DNA from: an uncultured bacterium
GTDB lineage: Bacteria > Verrucomicrobiota > Verrucomicrobiia > Limisphaerales > UBA8199
Length of the DNA stretch: 64,000 nt
Assembly (NCBI GenBank): GCA_963749495.1
Contig: CAVVMW010000010.1
Span: forward strand, 64,001 to 128,000
Direction of reading: 5' to 3'
Numbering within the stretch: position 1 is the first letter of the stretch; each line of letters opens with the position of its first letter. Below the pieces are notes generated by a model. That model ran no database searches. It was not told the DNA's origin and was given only the letters and a program-made list of their open reading frames with translations. The position numbers were made by a program, and so were the translations under genes. Positions 21,251 to 31,625 of the stretch are shown in pieces.

Positions 21251-23881
21251 TCACTCGTTTCGCAAAGCCGACATGGGGTCAACTCGGGATGCCTTGTGTG
21301 CCGGGACGTAGCAACCGATGAGTGCCCAGGCCAGCAACAACAACGGAACAGCAATGAACGTCGTAGCGTCCTTGGGGCTGACGCCCGGCACCAGGCCCAC
21401 CATCAGGCGCGTGAAAATCCAGGCCAGGCCAAGGCCAAGCGCGGTGCCGGCCAGCGCCAGCCGGCCGCCCCACTTCAACACCAGGAAAACCACCTGGGCC
21501 TTCTGTGCTCCCAAGGCCATTCGCACGCCAAACTCGTGGGTCCGCTGGGTGACCGTATAGGCGATGACGCCATAGATCCCCACCACCGCCAGCACCAGGG
21601 CCAGGCCGGCGAAAACGGCTAGCAGCGTGCCCAGGAGGCGGGTGTCACTGGCAACATCGTCCAGGAGATGATCGAGCGTTTCCACCTTCGGTGCCGGGAC
21701 GCTCTTGTCCAACTCCCGGAAGAGGGCCTGAATCTGGGAAGTAAACTTCGCGGGATCGGTGGTCATCCGGACCACCAGCGTCCTAATTTGGGGCATCTGG
21801 TAGCAGGGGAGGTAAAACTCGGCGCGACGGTCGCTCTCGACCCCGCCTGGCCGGAGGTCGCGCACCACACCCACCACGGTAATCCACGGGGCGTGAGCCT
21901 GCCCGAAGCGGAATGCGAACCGCTTGCCCAGCGGGTCCTCCCCGGGCCAGTACCGCTGGGCCATGGTGCCATTGATCACCGCCACTGCCGGCGCTCCCTT
22001 GCGATCCTGGGGGTTCACGTCGCGGCCTCGCAGCAACGCGACGCCGACGGTGTTGAAAAAGCCCGGAGTAACCATACTAACAGGGGTCATGCGCGGCGGA
22101 GCATTCTCTGGCTCGGGCCGGTCCTCCAAGGCGATGTCCAAAGGCGCGGCGTTGCCAAACCCTGAATACGCCGCCGCTCCGGCCGCCTCCACGGTGGGCC
22201 AGGCCTTGAGTCGGGCGATCGCTTGCTCGAAGAAGTTCAGCCGCGGTGCGTCCTCGGAATAACGCTCCTTGGGCAGATCCACATTGACCACCAGCACCCG
22301 CCGAGGATCCACTTTCAGGCCGGGGTGCAACAGATAATAAATGCTCCGCAGCGCCAACCCCGCCCCAATGAGCAACACCAACGCCAGGGAAACCTGTAGC
22401 ACCACCAAGCCCGACCGCAGCCAGCCAACAGAATGGTCCGAACCAGCGCGCTGTCCGCCTTGCTTGAGCCGCTCGTGCAGGTCGGTCCTCCAAATCCACC
22501 AGGCTGGGACCAGGCCGCAGAGCAAGCCGGTGACAACGGCTGCCGCCAGGGTGAACCACCAGACGGTCACGTCGATCCGGATGAGGGCGAATCGTGGCAA
22601 CTGCGGTCCAATCCACGCCGACCACAAGCCTCGACTCCACACCACCGCGACAAGACCAGCCACCGCTCCAAAGAACGAGAGCAAGAGGCTTTCGGTCATG
22701 AGTTGCCGAATCAGGCGTCCGTTTGCGGCGCCCACCGCGGCGCGGATGGCGAGTTCCTTCTCCCGCGCCAGACATCGCGAGAGGAGCAGGTTTCCCAGGT
22801 TGGCACAGGCAATCAGCAGGATAAACACCGCCACGGCGATCAGGATCGGCAGCACTGGCCGAATCCGTTCGATCAGCCTGGCGTGCAGTGAGGTGACGCG
22901 AACGCTCCAGCCACGGTCGTAGTCCGGATACTGCGTCTCGAGATTCCGGGCGATGGAATCCATCTCGGCCTGGGCCTGGGCGATGCTCACTCCGGGTTTG
23001 AGCCTGCCGACGACCCCGGATCCTCCCCGAGTGCCGCGCATGTGAGAAACATCATTTGTGCTCGTCTCCGGCAGAGGCAACCAGAGCTCGGTGCGCCTCG
23101 GGAAGTTGAAGCCCTGAGGCATCACTCCGACGATCTGGACCCGCTGGGTATTGACTACCAGGGTCTTCCCGGTGAGATTGGTATCCGAGCCAAACAGACT
23201 GCGCCACAAGTCGTAGCCCACGACCGCCACACCTCCGCCCTTTTCATCCTCCTCCAGCAATCCGCGGCCGAGCAGCGGAGCGACCCGCAACGTAGGCAGC
23301 ATTTCCGCGGAGAAATATATTCCGTTCACTGACCGCGTTTGCTCTCCTTCGGTCAGCCGAAAGGCGCCATAGGAGTGCATCCCCAAATGAGAGAAGCTCC
23401 GGCTGGCCGCGCGCCAATCGCGGTAATCAGGCAGCGACACGTCGTACTCGATCTTCCGGTGGGTCGAATTGATCTGGACCAACCGGTCCGGACCGGGGTA
23501 AGGCAACGGGTGCAGCAGCACCGCGGATATAATACTGAAGATCGCCGTGTTGACCCCGATGCCCAGGGCCAGCGTGGCCACCGCCGCGGTCGTGAAGCCC
23601 GGACCCTTGCGGAGCGTTCTCAGCCCGTAGCGAACGTCCTGCAGGAACTGCTCGAGCCACAGAATCCCGCGCTGTTCGCGGCAGGTCTCCTTGATGGCCT
23701 CCACTCCTCCAAATTGCCGCAACGCCGCGCAGCGCGCCTCCCCGGACTCCATCCCCGCCTGAATGTTCATTTGCGTTTGCATCTCGATGTGCGAGCGCAT
23801 CTCCTCGGCCATTTCGGCATCTAGTTTCTGCTGGCGGAACAGGGAAACGAATTGCCACCAAAGATTTCGTAGCCAGTTCAT
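21251..23881 (-). CDS. ADOP-type duplicated ABC permease
   Basis: 876 aa; prefix domain, LLIACANLGNLLL, ends RVDPMSALRNE. Confidence 0.93.
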   Translation of the reverse strand: MNWLRNLWWQFVSLFRQQKLDAEMAEEMRSHIEMQTQMNIQAGMESGEARCAALRQFGGVEAIKETCREQRGILWLEQFLQDVRYGLRTLRKGPGFTTAAVATLALGIGVNTAIFSIISAVLLHPLPYPGPDRLVQINSTHRKIEYDVSLPDYRDWRAASRSFSHLGMHSYGAFRLTEGEQTRSVNGIYFSAEMLPTLRVAPLLGRGLLEEDEKGGGVAVVGYDLWRSLFGSDTNLTGKTLVVNTQRVQIVGVMPQGFNFPRRTELWLPLPETSTNDVSHMRGTRGGSGVVGRLKPGVSIAQAQAEMDSIARNLETQYPDYDRGWSVRVTSLHARLIERIRPVLPILIAVAVFILLIACANLGNLLLSRCLAREKELAIRAAVGAANGRLIRQLMTESLLLSFFGAVAGLVAVVWSRGLWSAWIGPQLPRFALIRIDVTVWWFTLAAAVVTGLLCGLVPAWWIWRTDLHERLKQGGQRAGSDHSVGWLRSGLVVLQVSLALVLLIGAGLALRSIYYLLHPGLKVDPRRVLVVNVDLPKERYSEDAPRLNFFEQAIARLKAWPTVEAAGAAAYSGFGNAAPLDIALEDRPEPENAPPRMTPVSMVTPGFFNTVGVALLRGRDVNPQDRKGAPAVAVINGTMAQRYWPGEDPLGKRFAFRFGQAHAPWITVVGVVRDLRPGGVESDRRAEFYLPCYQMPQIRTLVVRMTTDPAKFTSQIQALFRELDKSVPAPKVETLDHLLDDVASDTRLLGTLLAVFAGLALVLAVVGIYGVIAYTVTQRTHEFGVRMALGAQKAQVVFLVLKWGGRLALAGTALGLGLAWIFTRLMVGLVPGVSPKDATTFIAVPLLLLAWALIGCYVPAHKASRVDPMSALRNE

Positions 23882-23902
23882 GAGTTCAAGTGCAGTTGCT
23901 GT

Positions 23903-26612
23903 TCATTCGCAGCGTAGCGTCGTCATCGGATCGACCCGTGAGGCTCGAAGGGCCGGCAGCCAGCAGGCCAGCACAGCCACCATAGCTGAAGAGGATTGCG
24001 GCGCCCAAAAACGTTGCCGCATCGCTGGGCGCAACCCCGAAAAGGAATCCCCGAAGCTCCTTCGCCAGGGGAATGGCAATCGAAAATCCCAGAACCAGGC
24101 CGAGGGCCACGAGTTTCAAGCCCCCACGCAGGATCAAGGTCAGCACCTCCCGCCGCGGTGCGCCCACCGCCATGCGGATGGCAATCTCCCGCTTTCGGGA
24201 ACCGACGGACAGTGAGAGCACCCCATAGATTCCGACCACCGCCAAGACACTTCCGACGAGTGAAAAGGCGGCCAGGAGCCGCATGGCGAAGGTTTGGGAT
24301 GCCACCGATTCTGCGCGGATCTGGGCCATTGTCGCGACATGCTCGATCGCCACCTTTGGATCCATCGCGCGCAACTCATGTCGCACCATTCCGACGAACC
24401 GCCGCGGGTCGGCCGCTGTTTGGATAACCAGCCGTTTGGTGATAGTCCCAACTTGAAAGTAGTAAAAATAGACTTCCGGTTCCGGCGGTTGAACAAGTGA
24501 GCCGTTGCGCGAGTCAGCTACAACTCCGATGATTTCGGCAGGTATCGCAAATCCCGGGTTTAATTTAATTCTCCTTCCGATGGGGTCCTGATCGTCAAAA
24601 TACTTCCTTGCCATCGCTTGGTTGACCACGGCCACAAACGGCGCATTGGTCACCGCACCGGGACCGCACCACCCGTCTGGGAGACGGAAGCCGCGTCCGT
24701 GCACAATCCTGAGGTTTAACACATTGAAGAAATCCGCCGTCACAAAACGTGTTGCGATAGCCACTTCATTTATGAAGTCTTTTCCCGTCCCGGCATCGGT
24801 AGCGAATCGCCCTTCGACTCTCACCTGGCTCATCGCAGAATTGCCGGTCAGCGGCACGCCCCAGCCGAAGGCCACATGCCTTATCCCGGGAATGGCCGCG
24901 ATCCGTGCTAATGCCTCCGAGTGAAAAGCGCCCCGATCAGCATAGTCTTGGTCCGGCGTAGTCACGTCCATGGTCAGGATGTTCTGCGTGGAATACCCCG
25001 GATGGATATTGGCCAGGTTGATCATGGTCCGTATCAGCAAGCCCGCGCCTACCAGCAAGGCGAGAGTCAAAGCGATCTGGACTGTCGCGACGCCACCCAA
25101 AAACCGCCGCTCGGCCAGGCCCAGACTGCTGGTGCGAGTTCCCTTCAAATCTTCCGCGGCGTTCAAACGGACCGCGTGGATGGCCGGTGCCAGGCCGGCG
25201 ATGATTGCGGCCACGACCGCAGACCCCAAGCAGAACGCCAGCACCGGCCAGCCGATGGCGACTGCGTCCAGTCGCGCAATAGCGTGCCCGCCGATGATCT
25301 TCAGCGCTCTGACCGTTGCCATGGCCAGTCCGATCCCAACCGATCCGCCTGAAAGAGAGACCAGCAAACTCTCGGTCAATACCTGGCGGCATAGCTGTAT
25401 CCGCTGTGCGCCCAGAGCACACCGCACCGCATATTCCTGTTGACGCTGTATTCCGCGGGCCAAGAGCAATCCACCAATGTTGGCGCACGCGATGAGAAAC
25501 ACCAACGTAACCGCCCCCACTAATGGCAGGAGAAGGTGGTGTCCCTCGCGATTCCATTCCGCCATCAACGGTTCCACCCTGGCGGTGATGCCTTCAAAGC
25601 GCTTATCCGCCTTGGCTTGCCGATCTGCAATTGTTGTCAGTTCTGCCCGAGCCTGAGCGAGCGTCACCCTATCGCGCAGCCGGCCAACTACAGCGTTACA
25701 ATAAGGCGCTTCGGGCTGCGTCAAATTGGGTGGCCCAAGAAGCAACCAGAAATCAATCTTTGCGTTAACGTCGGAATTGGGGAAGGTCACACTTGCGCAC
25801 GAGGGCAGGAAGCGCACCCCTGGCGGCATCACTCCGATGACCGTCAGCGCCGGGTGACGGCCCAGGTGAATGGCTTGGCCGAGGATACGTGGATCACCGC
25901 TGAATCGCCGCCGCCAAAGATCATAACCGAGAACGATTGTGGTTTCCGTTCCCGTCTGGGCTGCCACATCAGCTTGTGAAAATGCGCGGCCCAACAGCGG
26001 CTTGACCCCAATCACCTCAAAATACTCCGGCTTGACCCACAATCCCTGGACCGACTCGCTGCCATCCTCCCGGAGCAGGAAGTGAAATCCCCATTTGTAG
26101 CCAGCGATGCACTGGAAGCAATTGGTCGTATTCCGCCATTCGAGCCATTGCGACGTCGCACAATCCCTCGCATAGGGCTGGCCGTCCGTCCTCGCCGGTT
26201 CGATGAGCACGACCTGATCCGGCTTGGGATAGGGAGGGGGCGTTAGCAGCACACCCTGAACGAGGCTGAACACGGCTGAGGTCGCTCCGATGCCTAATGC
26301 GAGCGTCAGCACGGCTACAGTGGTGAAGCCCGGGCTCTTCCGCAGCAATCGCGCGCCGAAACGCAGGTCGCGCGCCAGGTCCTCAACCCACCCGATCCCA
26401 CGTTGATCCCGGCAGGTCTCTTTGACCGACTCCATCGGCCCGAACTCGAGTAGCGCCGCACGCCGCGCCTCCTCTGGTTTCATTCCCGCCTCAATGTTTT
26501 CTTGCGTCTGGATCTCGACGTGCGCGCGCATCTCTTCGTCCATCTCCTGATCCAGCTTTGCCTTCTGGAACAAGGCCCGGCAGGTCCAACGAATCTTCTG
26601 CCATCTGTTCAT
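23903..26612 (-). CDS. ADOP-type duplicated ABC permease (frameshift ~23988 near C-terminus)
   Basis: Removing one base after ...AAILF restores [27 protein letters not shown] with the stop at 23903. Confidence 0.9.
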
Positions 26613-26694
26613 GGGCTTGGAACTGATTTACGAGCAATAATCCGACGTATCGCCTGCTGAGTCCTTTCGTGGGTGGACCATGGTTCTTCTGGTC

Positions 26695-29316
26695 TCATTC
26701 GCAGCGCAGCGCTGTCATGGGATCCACGCGTGAGGCCCGAAGGGCCGGCCGGAGACAGGCCAGCAGTGCCGCCCCCGCCAGCACCAGCGTGACCTCCGTG
26801 AAGGTGACGGGGTCGTTGGGGCTTAGGGCGAAGAGCTGGCTGGCGAGGAATCGCGTCAGGGCCAGCGCGCCCGCCAGGCCCAGCACCACGCCTCCACCAA
26901 TCATCCCCAAGCCCTGCCTCAGCACCAGCCGCAATATATCCGCTCGTTGGCCGCCGAGCGCCATGCGGATGCCAATCTCCTGCGTCCGCAAGGAAATCGA
27001 GTAGGCGACAACGCCATAAATCCCCACCAAAGCCAGTAGCAAGGCCGACACCGAAAAGGCCCCAAACAGCATGAGCGTCGCCCGGCGCGGCGCCAGAGAG
27101 TCCTTCAACTGCTGCTCCAAGGTCAGCATTCTGAAAGCCGGTTGGTCCGCGTCCACGCTCTTGATCTGCGCGCGCACCGCGCCGGCCAAGGCCATTGGAT
27201 CCCCCGTTGCGCGGATAGCCAGGCTCATGCGCATCATGCCCGACTGGCGATAGGACAGATAGACTTGCTGCAAGGGCGCCTCCGAGAGAGTGTGCCGCAC
27301 GTCCCCAACGACCCCCACAATGGTCAACTGCCGGTCCCCAAACCACTTGATGCGTTGACCCACGGCGTTCTCCTGGGGAAGATAGCGTCGCACAAAGCTC
27401 TCGTTGACTACCGCCACGCGGGGAGCGCCTTCCTGATCCTGCTCGCTCAGCACCCGGCCCGAAAGCAAGTGAATGTTCAGCGCGCGGAAGTAGTCAGCGT
27501 TAGCGACGTCGTAGAGCATAAAGTCCATTTTGCCGGCCGGCGAAGGATGGCCCTCAACTTCGACACCGATGGCACTCATCCCAACCGAGCTGAGCGGCGG
27601 ACACACGCTGGCACCAACAATTTGCACGCCGGGCAGGGCTCGCACCCGCTCGATGACCTGCTGGAAGTACGCCGCTTGCGAGCGTGCATCGGGATATTTC
27701 GGGGGGCTGAGACTGATGGTCAGGCAGAGAATCTTGTCGGGCCGGAATCCGAGGTTGACGCCCAGCAGGCGCACGAAGCTCTTGGCCATCAATCCGGCGG
27801 CGATCAAGAGCACCATAGCCGAGGCAAACTCCAGCGCCACCAACCCTTCTCGCATGCGGCGCTGCCGGCGTCCTTGGCTCACATTCCGGCTTCCTTCTTT
27901 CAGCGCCTCGTGCGGCGCCGAATGCGAGCATCCCAGCGCCGGGGCGAGGCCAAAAATGACTCCAGTCACAGCCACGACGAGAAAAGTGAAACCCAGCACC
28001 CGGCCATCGATGGAGACCTCCCGGACCGAGGACATTCCAGAGGCAAAAGGCCGCAGCAGGGCACAACCCCAGCGCGCGAGCAGCAGCCCGCCAAGCCCAC
28101 CCAGAAATGACAGCAAGAGGCTCTCGGTCAAGATCTGGCGCACCAACCGTCCCCGGCCGGCCCCAAGCGCCAGCCGCACGGCAAACTCTTTCTGGCGGCT
28201 GGCGCCGCGGGAGAGCAGCAGGTTGCCGACATTGGCACAGGCTATGAGCAGCACAAACCCCGCAGCACCGAGGAAGACCAGGATGCTCTGCCGGACTTGC
28301 GCCACCATGTTGTGCTGGAAAGCGGTCAACAGGACGTGGTCTTTCTTCTCGCCCTTCTGCTCGGCCTGATACCGGCTCTCGAGGGCGGCCTGCGCCTGTG
28401 CCCGGGTCACTCCGGGCCTCAGCCGGCCTATCGAATACCGGGCAGACTGGAACCCTCCCTGCTTCTGGAGGCACGTGGCAAACGGTATGCACAAGTCATA
28501 GTGCTCGTGGAAGCGAAAATCGGGCGGAACCACTCCGATGACGGTGTAAGGTTTGCCGTCCAAACCGATCGACTTGCCCAGGACACCGGGGTCGGCCCCG
28601 AAACGGCGCGTCCAAAGTCCATGGCTGAGAAGGGCTACCGGCGCGCCGCCAGGCCGATCCTCCTCCGGGAGAAAGTTCCGCCCCAGCATCGGCTGCACCC
28701 CCAGGACCGGCAGCAACGAGTCCCCGATAGCCCCGCAATCGACCCGCTCCGCCTCTCCCGCCCCGCTCAAGTTGACTTCGCCTCCGCTATACGGGGCCAA
28801 CTGAATCACGTCCTGGCTCTCCCGGCGCCAATCGGACAATTCGGACGCATCCAGGTAGTCGGTTACCGTGCTCTTGGTCTCCCAGGGATAGCGCACCAGC
28901 TTCTGCACCTGCACCAACTGCTCCGGGGCCGGATAAGGCAAGGGGCGCAATAGCATCGCGCTGACCAGGCTGAACACCGCCGAATTCGCGCCGATGCCCA
29001 ACGTCAGCGTCAGCACCGCCACAGCCGTAAAACCGGGGCTCTTCCGCAGCGTCCGCCAGCCATACTGGAGGTCCTGCAGGCCCTGCTCGAGCCACAACGT
29101 CCCCCGCTGCTCGCGGCACGTTTCTTTGATGCTCTCCACCCCCCCGAACTGCCGCAACGCCGCGCAGCGCGCCTCTTCGGGAGCCATGCCGGCCTTGATA
29201 TTCTCCCGGGTCTGCATCTCGATGTGCGCGCGCATCTCTGCATCCATGTCGGCGTCCAGATCCCGTTTCCGGAAGAGCGCCTGTATCCAAAATGGGAGTT
29301 TTTGCCTCCAGTTCAT
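26695..29316 (-). CDS. ADOP-type duplicated ABC permease
   Basis: 873 aa; prefix domain, FVLLIACANVGNLLL, ends RVDPMTALRCE. Confidence 0.93.
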   Translation of the reverse strand: MNWRQKLPFWIQALFRKRDLDADMDAEMRAHIEMQTRENIKAGMAPEEARCAALRQFGGVESIKETCREQRGTLWLEQGLQDLQYGWRTLRKSPGFTAVAVLTLTLGIGANSAVFSLVSAMLLRPLPYPAPEQLVQVQKLVRYPWETKSTVTDYLDASELSDWRRESQDVIQLAPYSGGEVNLSGAGEAERVDCGAIGDSLLPVLGVQPMLGRNFLPEEDRPGGAPVALLSHGLWTRRFGADPGVLGKSIGLDGKPYTVIGVVPPDFRFHEHYDLCIPFATCLQKQGGFQSARYSIGRLRPGVTRAQAQAALESRYQAEQKGEKKDHVLLTAFQHNMVAQVRQSILVFLGAAGFVLLIACANVGNLLLSRGASRQKEFAVRLALGAGRGRLVRQILTESLLLSFLGGLGGLLLARWGCALLRPFASGMSSVREVSIDGRVLGFTFLVVAVTGVIFGLAPALGCSHSAPHEALKEGSRNVSQGRRQRRMREGLVALEFASAMVLLIAAGLMAKSFVRLLGVNLGFRPDKILCLTISLSPPKYPDARSQAAYFQQVIERVRALPGVQIVGASVCPPLSSVGMSAIGVEVEGHPSPAGKMDFMLYDVANADYFRALNIHLLSGRVLSEQDQEGAPRVAVVNESFVRRYLPQENAVGQRIKWFGDRQLTIVGVVGDVRHTLSEAPLQQVYLSYRQSGMMRMSLAIRATGDPMALAGAVRAQIKSVDADQPAFRMLTLEQQLKDSLAPRRATLMLFGAFSVSALLLALVGIYGVVAYSISLRTQEIGIRMALGGQRADILRLVLRQGLGMIGGGVVLGLAGALALTRFLASQLFALSPNDPVTFTEVTLVLAGAALLACLRPALRASRVDPMTALRCE

Positions 29317-29326
29317 TGCTCGGGGT

Positions 29327-29659
29327 TCAGGTAGTCCTGAGGATGAGGTTTATCGCCCGCGAGAGCTTTTCCCAGTTCGAGGTCTCTGCGAGCAACTGCT
29401 TGCGCCCCGCCGCGGTCAGCTTGTAGAACTTGGCCTTGCGGTTGTTTTCCGAAACGCCCCACTCGGATTCGATCCAGCCTTGCCGTTCCAGCCGGTAGAG
29501 GGCGGGATAGAGCGAGCCCTGCTCCACCCGCAGGACCTCCTCGGAAGTCTGCCGGATCAGCACCGAGATGCCGAACCCGTGCATCGGCCCGAGCTTGAGT
29601 GATTTTAGAATCAGGAGGTCCAAGGTCCCCTGCAAGAGATCCATTTTTTCTTTGCTCAT
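29327..29659 (-). CDS. PadR-family transcriptional regulator (acidobacterial type)
   Basis: [14 protein letters not shown]...HGFGI...[13 protein letters not shown]...[13 protein letters not shown]. Confidence 0.94.
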   Translation of the reverse strand: MSKEKMDLLQGTLDLLILKSLKLGPMHGFGISVLIRQTSEEVLRVEQGSLYPALYRLERQGWIESEWGVSENNRKAKFYKLTAAGRKQLLAETSNWEKLSRAINLILRTT

Positions 29660-29661
29660 AT

Positions 29662-29716
29662 TTTCCTAGACGTTCGACAGGAGAATAGCCGGGAGTCCTG
29701 TAGATTGTCAACAGGA
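29662..29716 (-). promoter_or_regulatory. Sigma-70 promoter (TTGACA-18-TATTCT) with two putative PadR operator boxes
   Basis: Palindrome TCCTGTTGACAATCTACAGGA covers the -35; TCCTGTCGAACGTCTAGGAAA lies 34 bp downstream, 2 bp from the ATG. Confidence 0.7.
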
Positions 29717-30044
29717 AAAAGGCCGGGCCAAGCGGTTGACGCTCGTGGTGAAGCTGCGCAGGCTTGCCTGGGCACAGCGCTCTTGAACGCGCTGGCGCCT
29801 CCGCGCTCCGGCGATCACCGGCTGAGCGCGCGGCCCTCGATTGCCGCCCAGAGCGAGCGAAGCGGGCAACGCTCTCCCGTCCGAGCAAAGCCCCCGATAG
29901 ACAAATTGCGTGGCGGTCTGCGTCTTCTCCATGATGCAACGTTACCCATGCACGCCTCCACGAGCCCAAGCGCAGCCCCGGCCTCTTGCGCCCAGGCGGC
30001 CCATGGCGGGCTGCCTGGGATCCTGGGAGGGGCGGCCGACATTC

Positions 30045-30839
30045 ATGGCCAAGCAGCGGGGTTCGAGGGCCATGACGAGCCGCGGCCGCTCGTACTGCGC
30101 CTTCACCCTCATCGAACTCCTGGTGGTCATCGCCATCCTTGGCCTTCTGGCGGCCCTGTTGCTCCCGGCGCTCTCCGCCGCCAAGGCCCATGCCCGCTCC
30201 ACCTCCTGCAAAAACCACCTGCGGCAAATCGGGCTCACGCTCGCCATGTATGTCTCGGACTCTCGCCGCTACCCTCCAATGTTAGACCGCAGCACGGACC
30301 AAGTGTGGGCTGAGAGATTGTACCCGGCAGCCCCTTTCACGTGGACGAACCTCTCCTGGCATTGCCCGGAGTATATAGCCAACAGAGGGGTGGTAGAGCG
30401 GTTGGTGGCTCCGCACCAGAACTTTTTGACGAGCTACTCGTATAACGCCAACGGCATTCTTGGCGTTGGTTGGCCTGGCATGACGAATGCCCCTGCGCAA
30501 CTGGGTTTAGGATGGCGGACGAAGAATGCCGCCTCGGAACCTGAGGTGCTGGCGCCCAGCGAGATGTTCACGGTCGCTGATGCGCGGGCAGTTCCCGCGG
30601 CTCCGGGGGACCCGAGGATCGTGGGATTCCTGCCTATGACGCCATACGTGCTTGCTTGGAACGAAAAGGCCCCTCTGCACGGGCGAGGCTATAACATCCT
30701 GTTTGCCGATGACCATGCCACCCTGGTGAAGCGAAACGACCTGCTGTATCCGCCCCGAACCGCGCACCACTGGAACCGAGACAACCAACCGCACTCGGAG
30801 GCTTGGGCACCACGCAGCATGTGGGCAGTGCAGAACTGA
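30045..30839 (+). CDS. Prepilin-type N-terminal cleavage/methylation protein with H-X9-DG-like C-terminus (start uncertain)
   Basis: [57 protein letters not shown]. Confidence 0.9.
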   Translation: MAKQRGSRAMTSRGRSYCAFTLIELLVVIAILGLLAALLLPALSAAKAHARSTSCKNHLRQIGLTLAMYVSDSRRYPPMLDRSTDQVWAERLYPAAPFTWTNLSWHCPEYIANRGVVERLVAPHQNFLTSYSYNANGILGVGWPGMTNAPAQLGLGWRTKNAASEPEVLAPSEMFTVADARAVPAAPGDPRIVGFLPMTPYVLAWNEKAPLHGRGYNILFADDHATLVKRNDLLYPPRTAHHWNRDNQPHSEAWAPRSMWAVQN

Positions 30840-31106
30840 TTGCGAAAAACAGAAGGGCGACAAAAAAGGAACGCTCGAAGAACCGCTATTTAGTCCTCCT
30901 TTCGGTCAATTGTGGATTCCGTGAGGATGCCCGGAGGGCCTCCGTCATGCAGCTCACAGTTGAGCAGTCGCCGCCTCGCCGGTGTGGCCCTGACACGAGG
31001 CCACCATACTATTTACTATGCACGAGGATTCTCGCCGCTTGCGCAAACGTCTTTTGCGCCTGCAAAAGGTGGGACGACGTCCCGGAAGCTTCGGGGCGTC
31101 TATTTC

Positions 31107-31471
31107 ACCGCAGAGACGCAAAGAACACAGCGCGGCCAAGCCGCAACCGAAGAAGCGATAACCGCGGAATACGCGGAATACGCGGAAAGAGCACCGGCCC
31201 GCTTCGGAGTTCCGCGTATTCCGCGTATTCCGCGGTTCATTCTCTCTGTGAGAAATCTCCGCAGCCTGCCAGCACGTTCGACTATTGCAGTGCAGAGATT
31301 TATTTCGTTTGTCTTCTCTGCGCTCTTCGCGTCTCTGCGGTTTCATTGCCTTTCCGAAAGCCCCCACGGGTTCCCCAAGCAGTCCGGACGCCCCTCCGCC
31401 ACGCTCTCGCGCTCCACGCTTCACGCTCCATGCTGTGGCTGCGGGTCAGCCGCGTTGAGTATTCCGTGGTT
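31107..31471. repeat. Nested palindromic/MITE-like elements
   Basis: A perfect 28-bp inverted repeat (31160-31187/31210-31237) sits inside a 165-bp insert that splits the left arm of an outer inverted repeat (right arm 31316-31341). Confidence 0.75.
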
Positions 31472-31625
31472 TCACTCTCCGGTTCCGCGTGGTCTGCGGG
31501 CGCATCCCCACCACAACGTTGTGATTCTCTTCGCTTCACCAGTAGAACGCCGGCTGAGAGAAAAATCCGCCAAAAAACGTCGCGGCCCCTCTGGGAGGCG
31601 CGCTTGTGAACCCAAGCCAAGCCGC

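Noticed and set aside
31160..31237. CRISPR array
   Set aside because: These are short 9-bp tandem units forming a palindrome, with no unique spacers of regular length and no cas genes.
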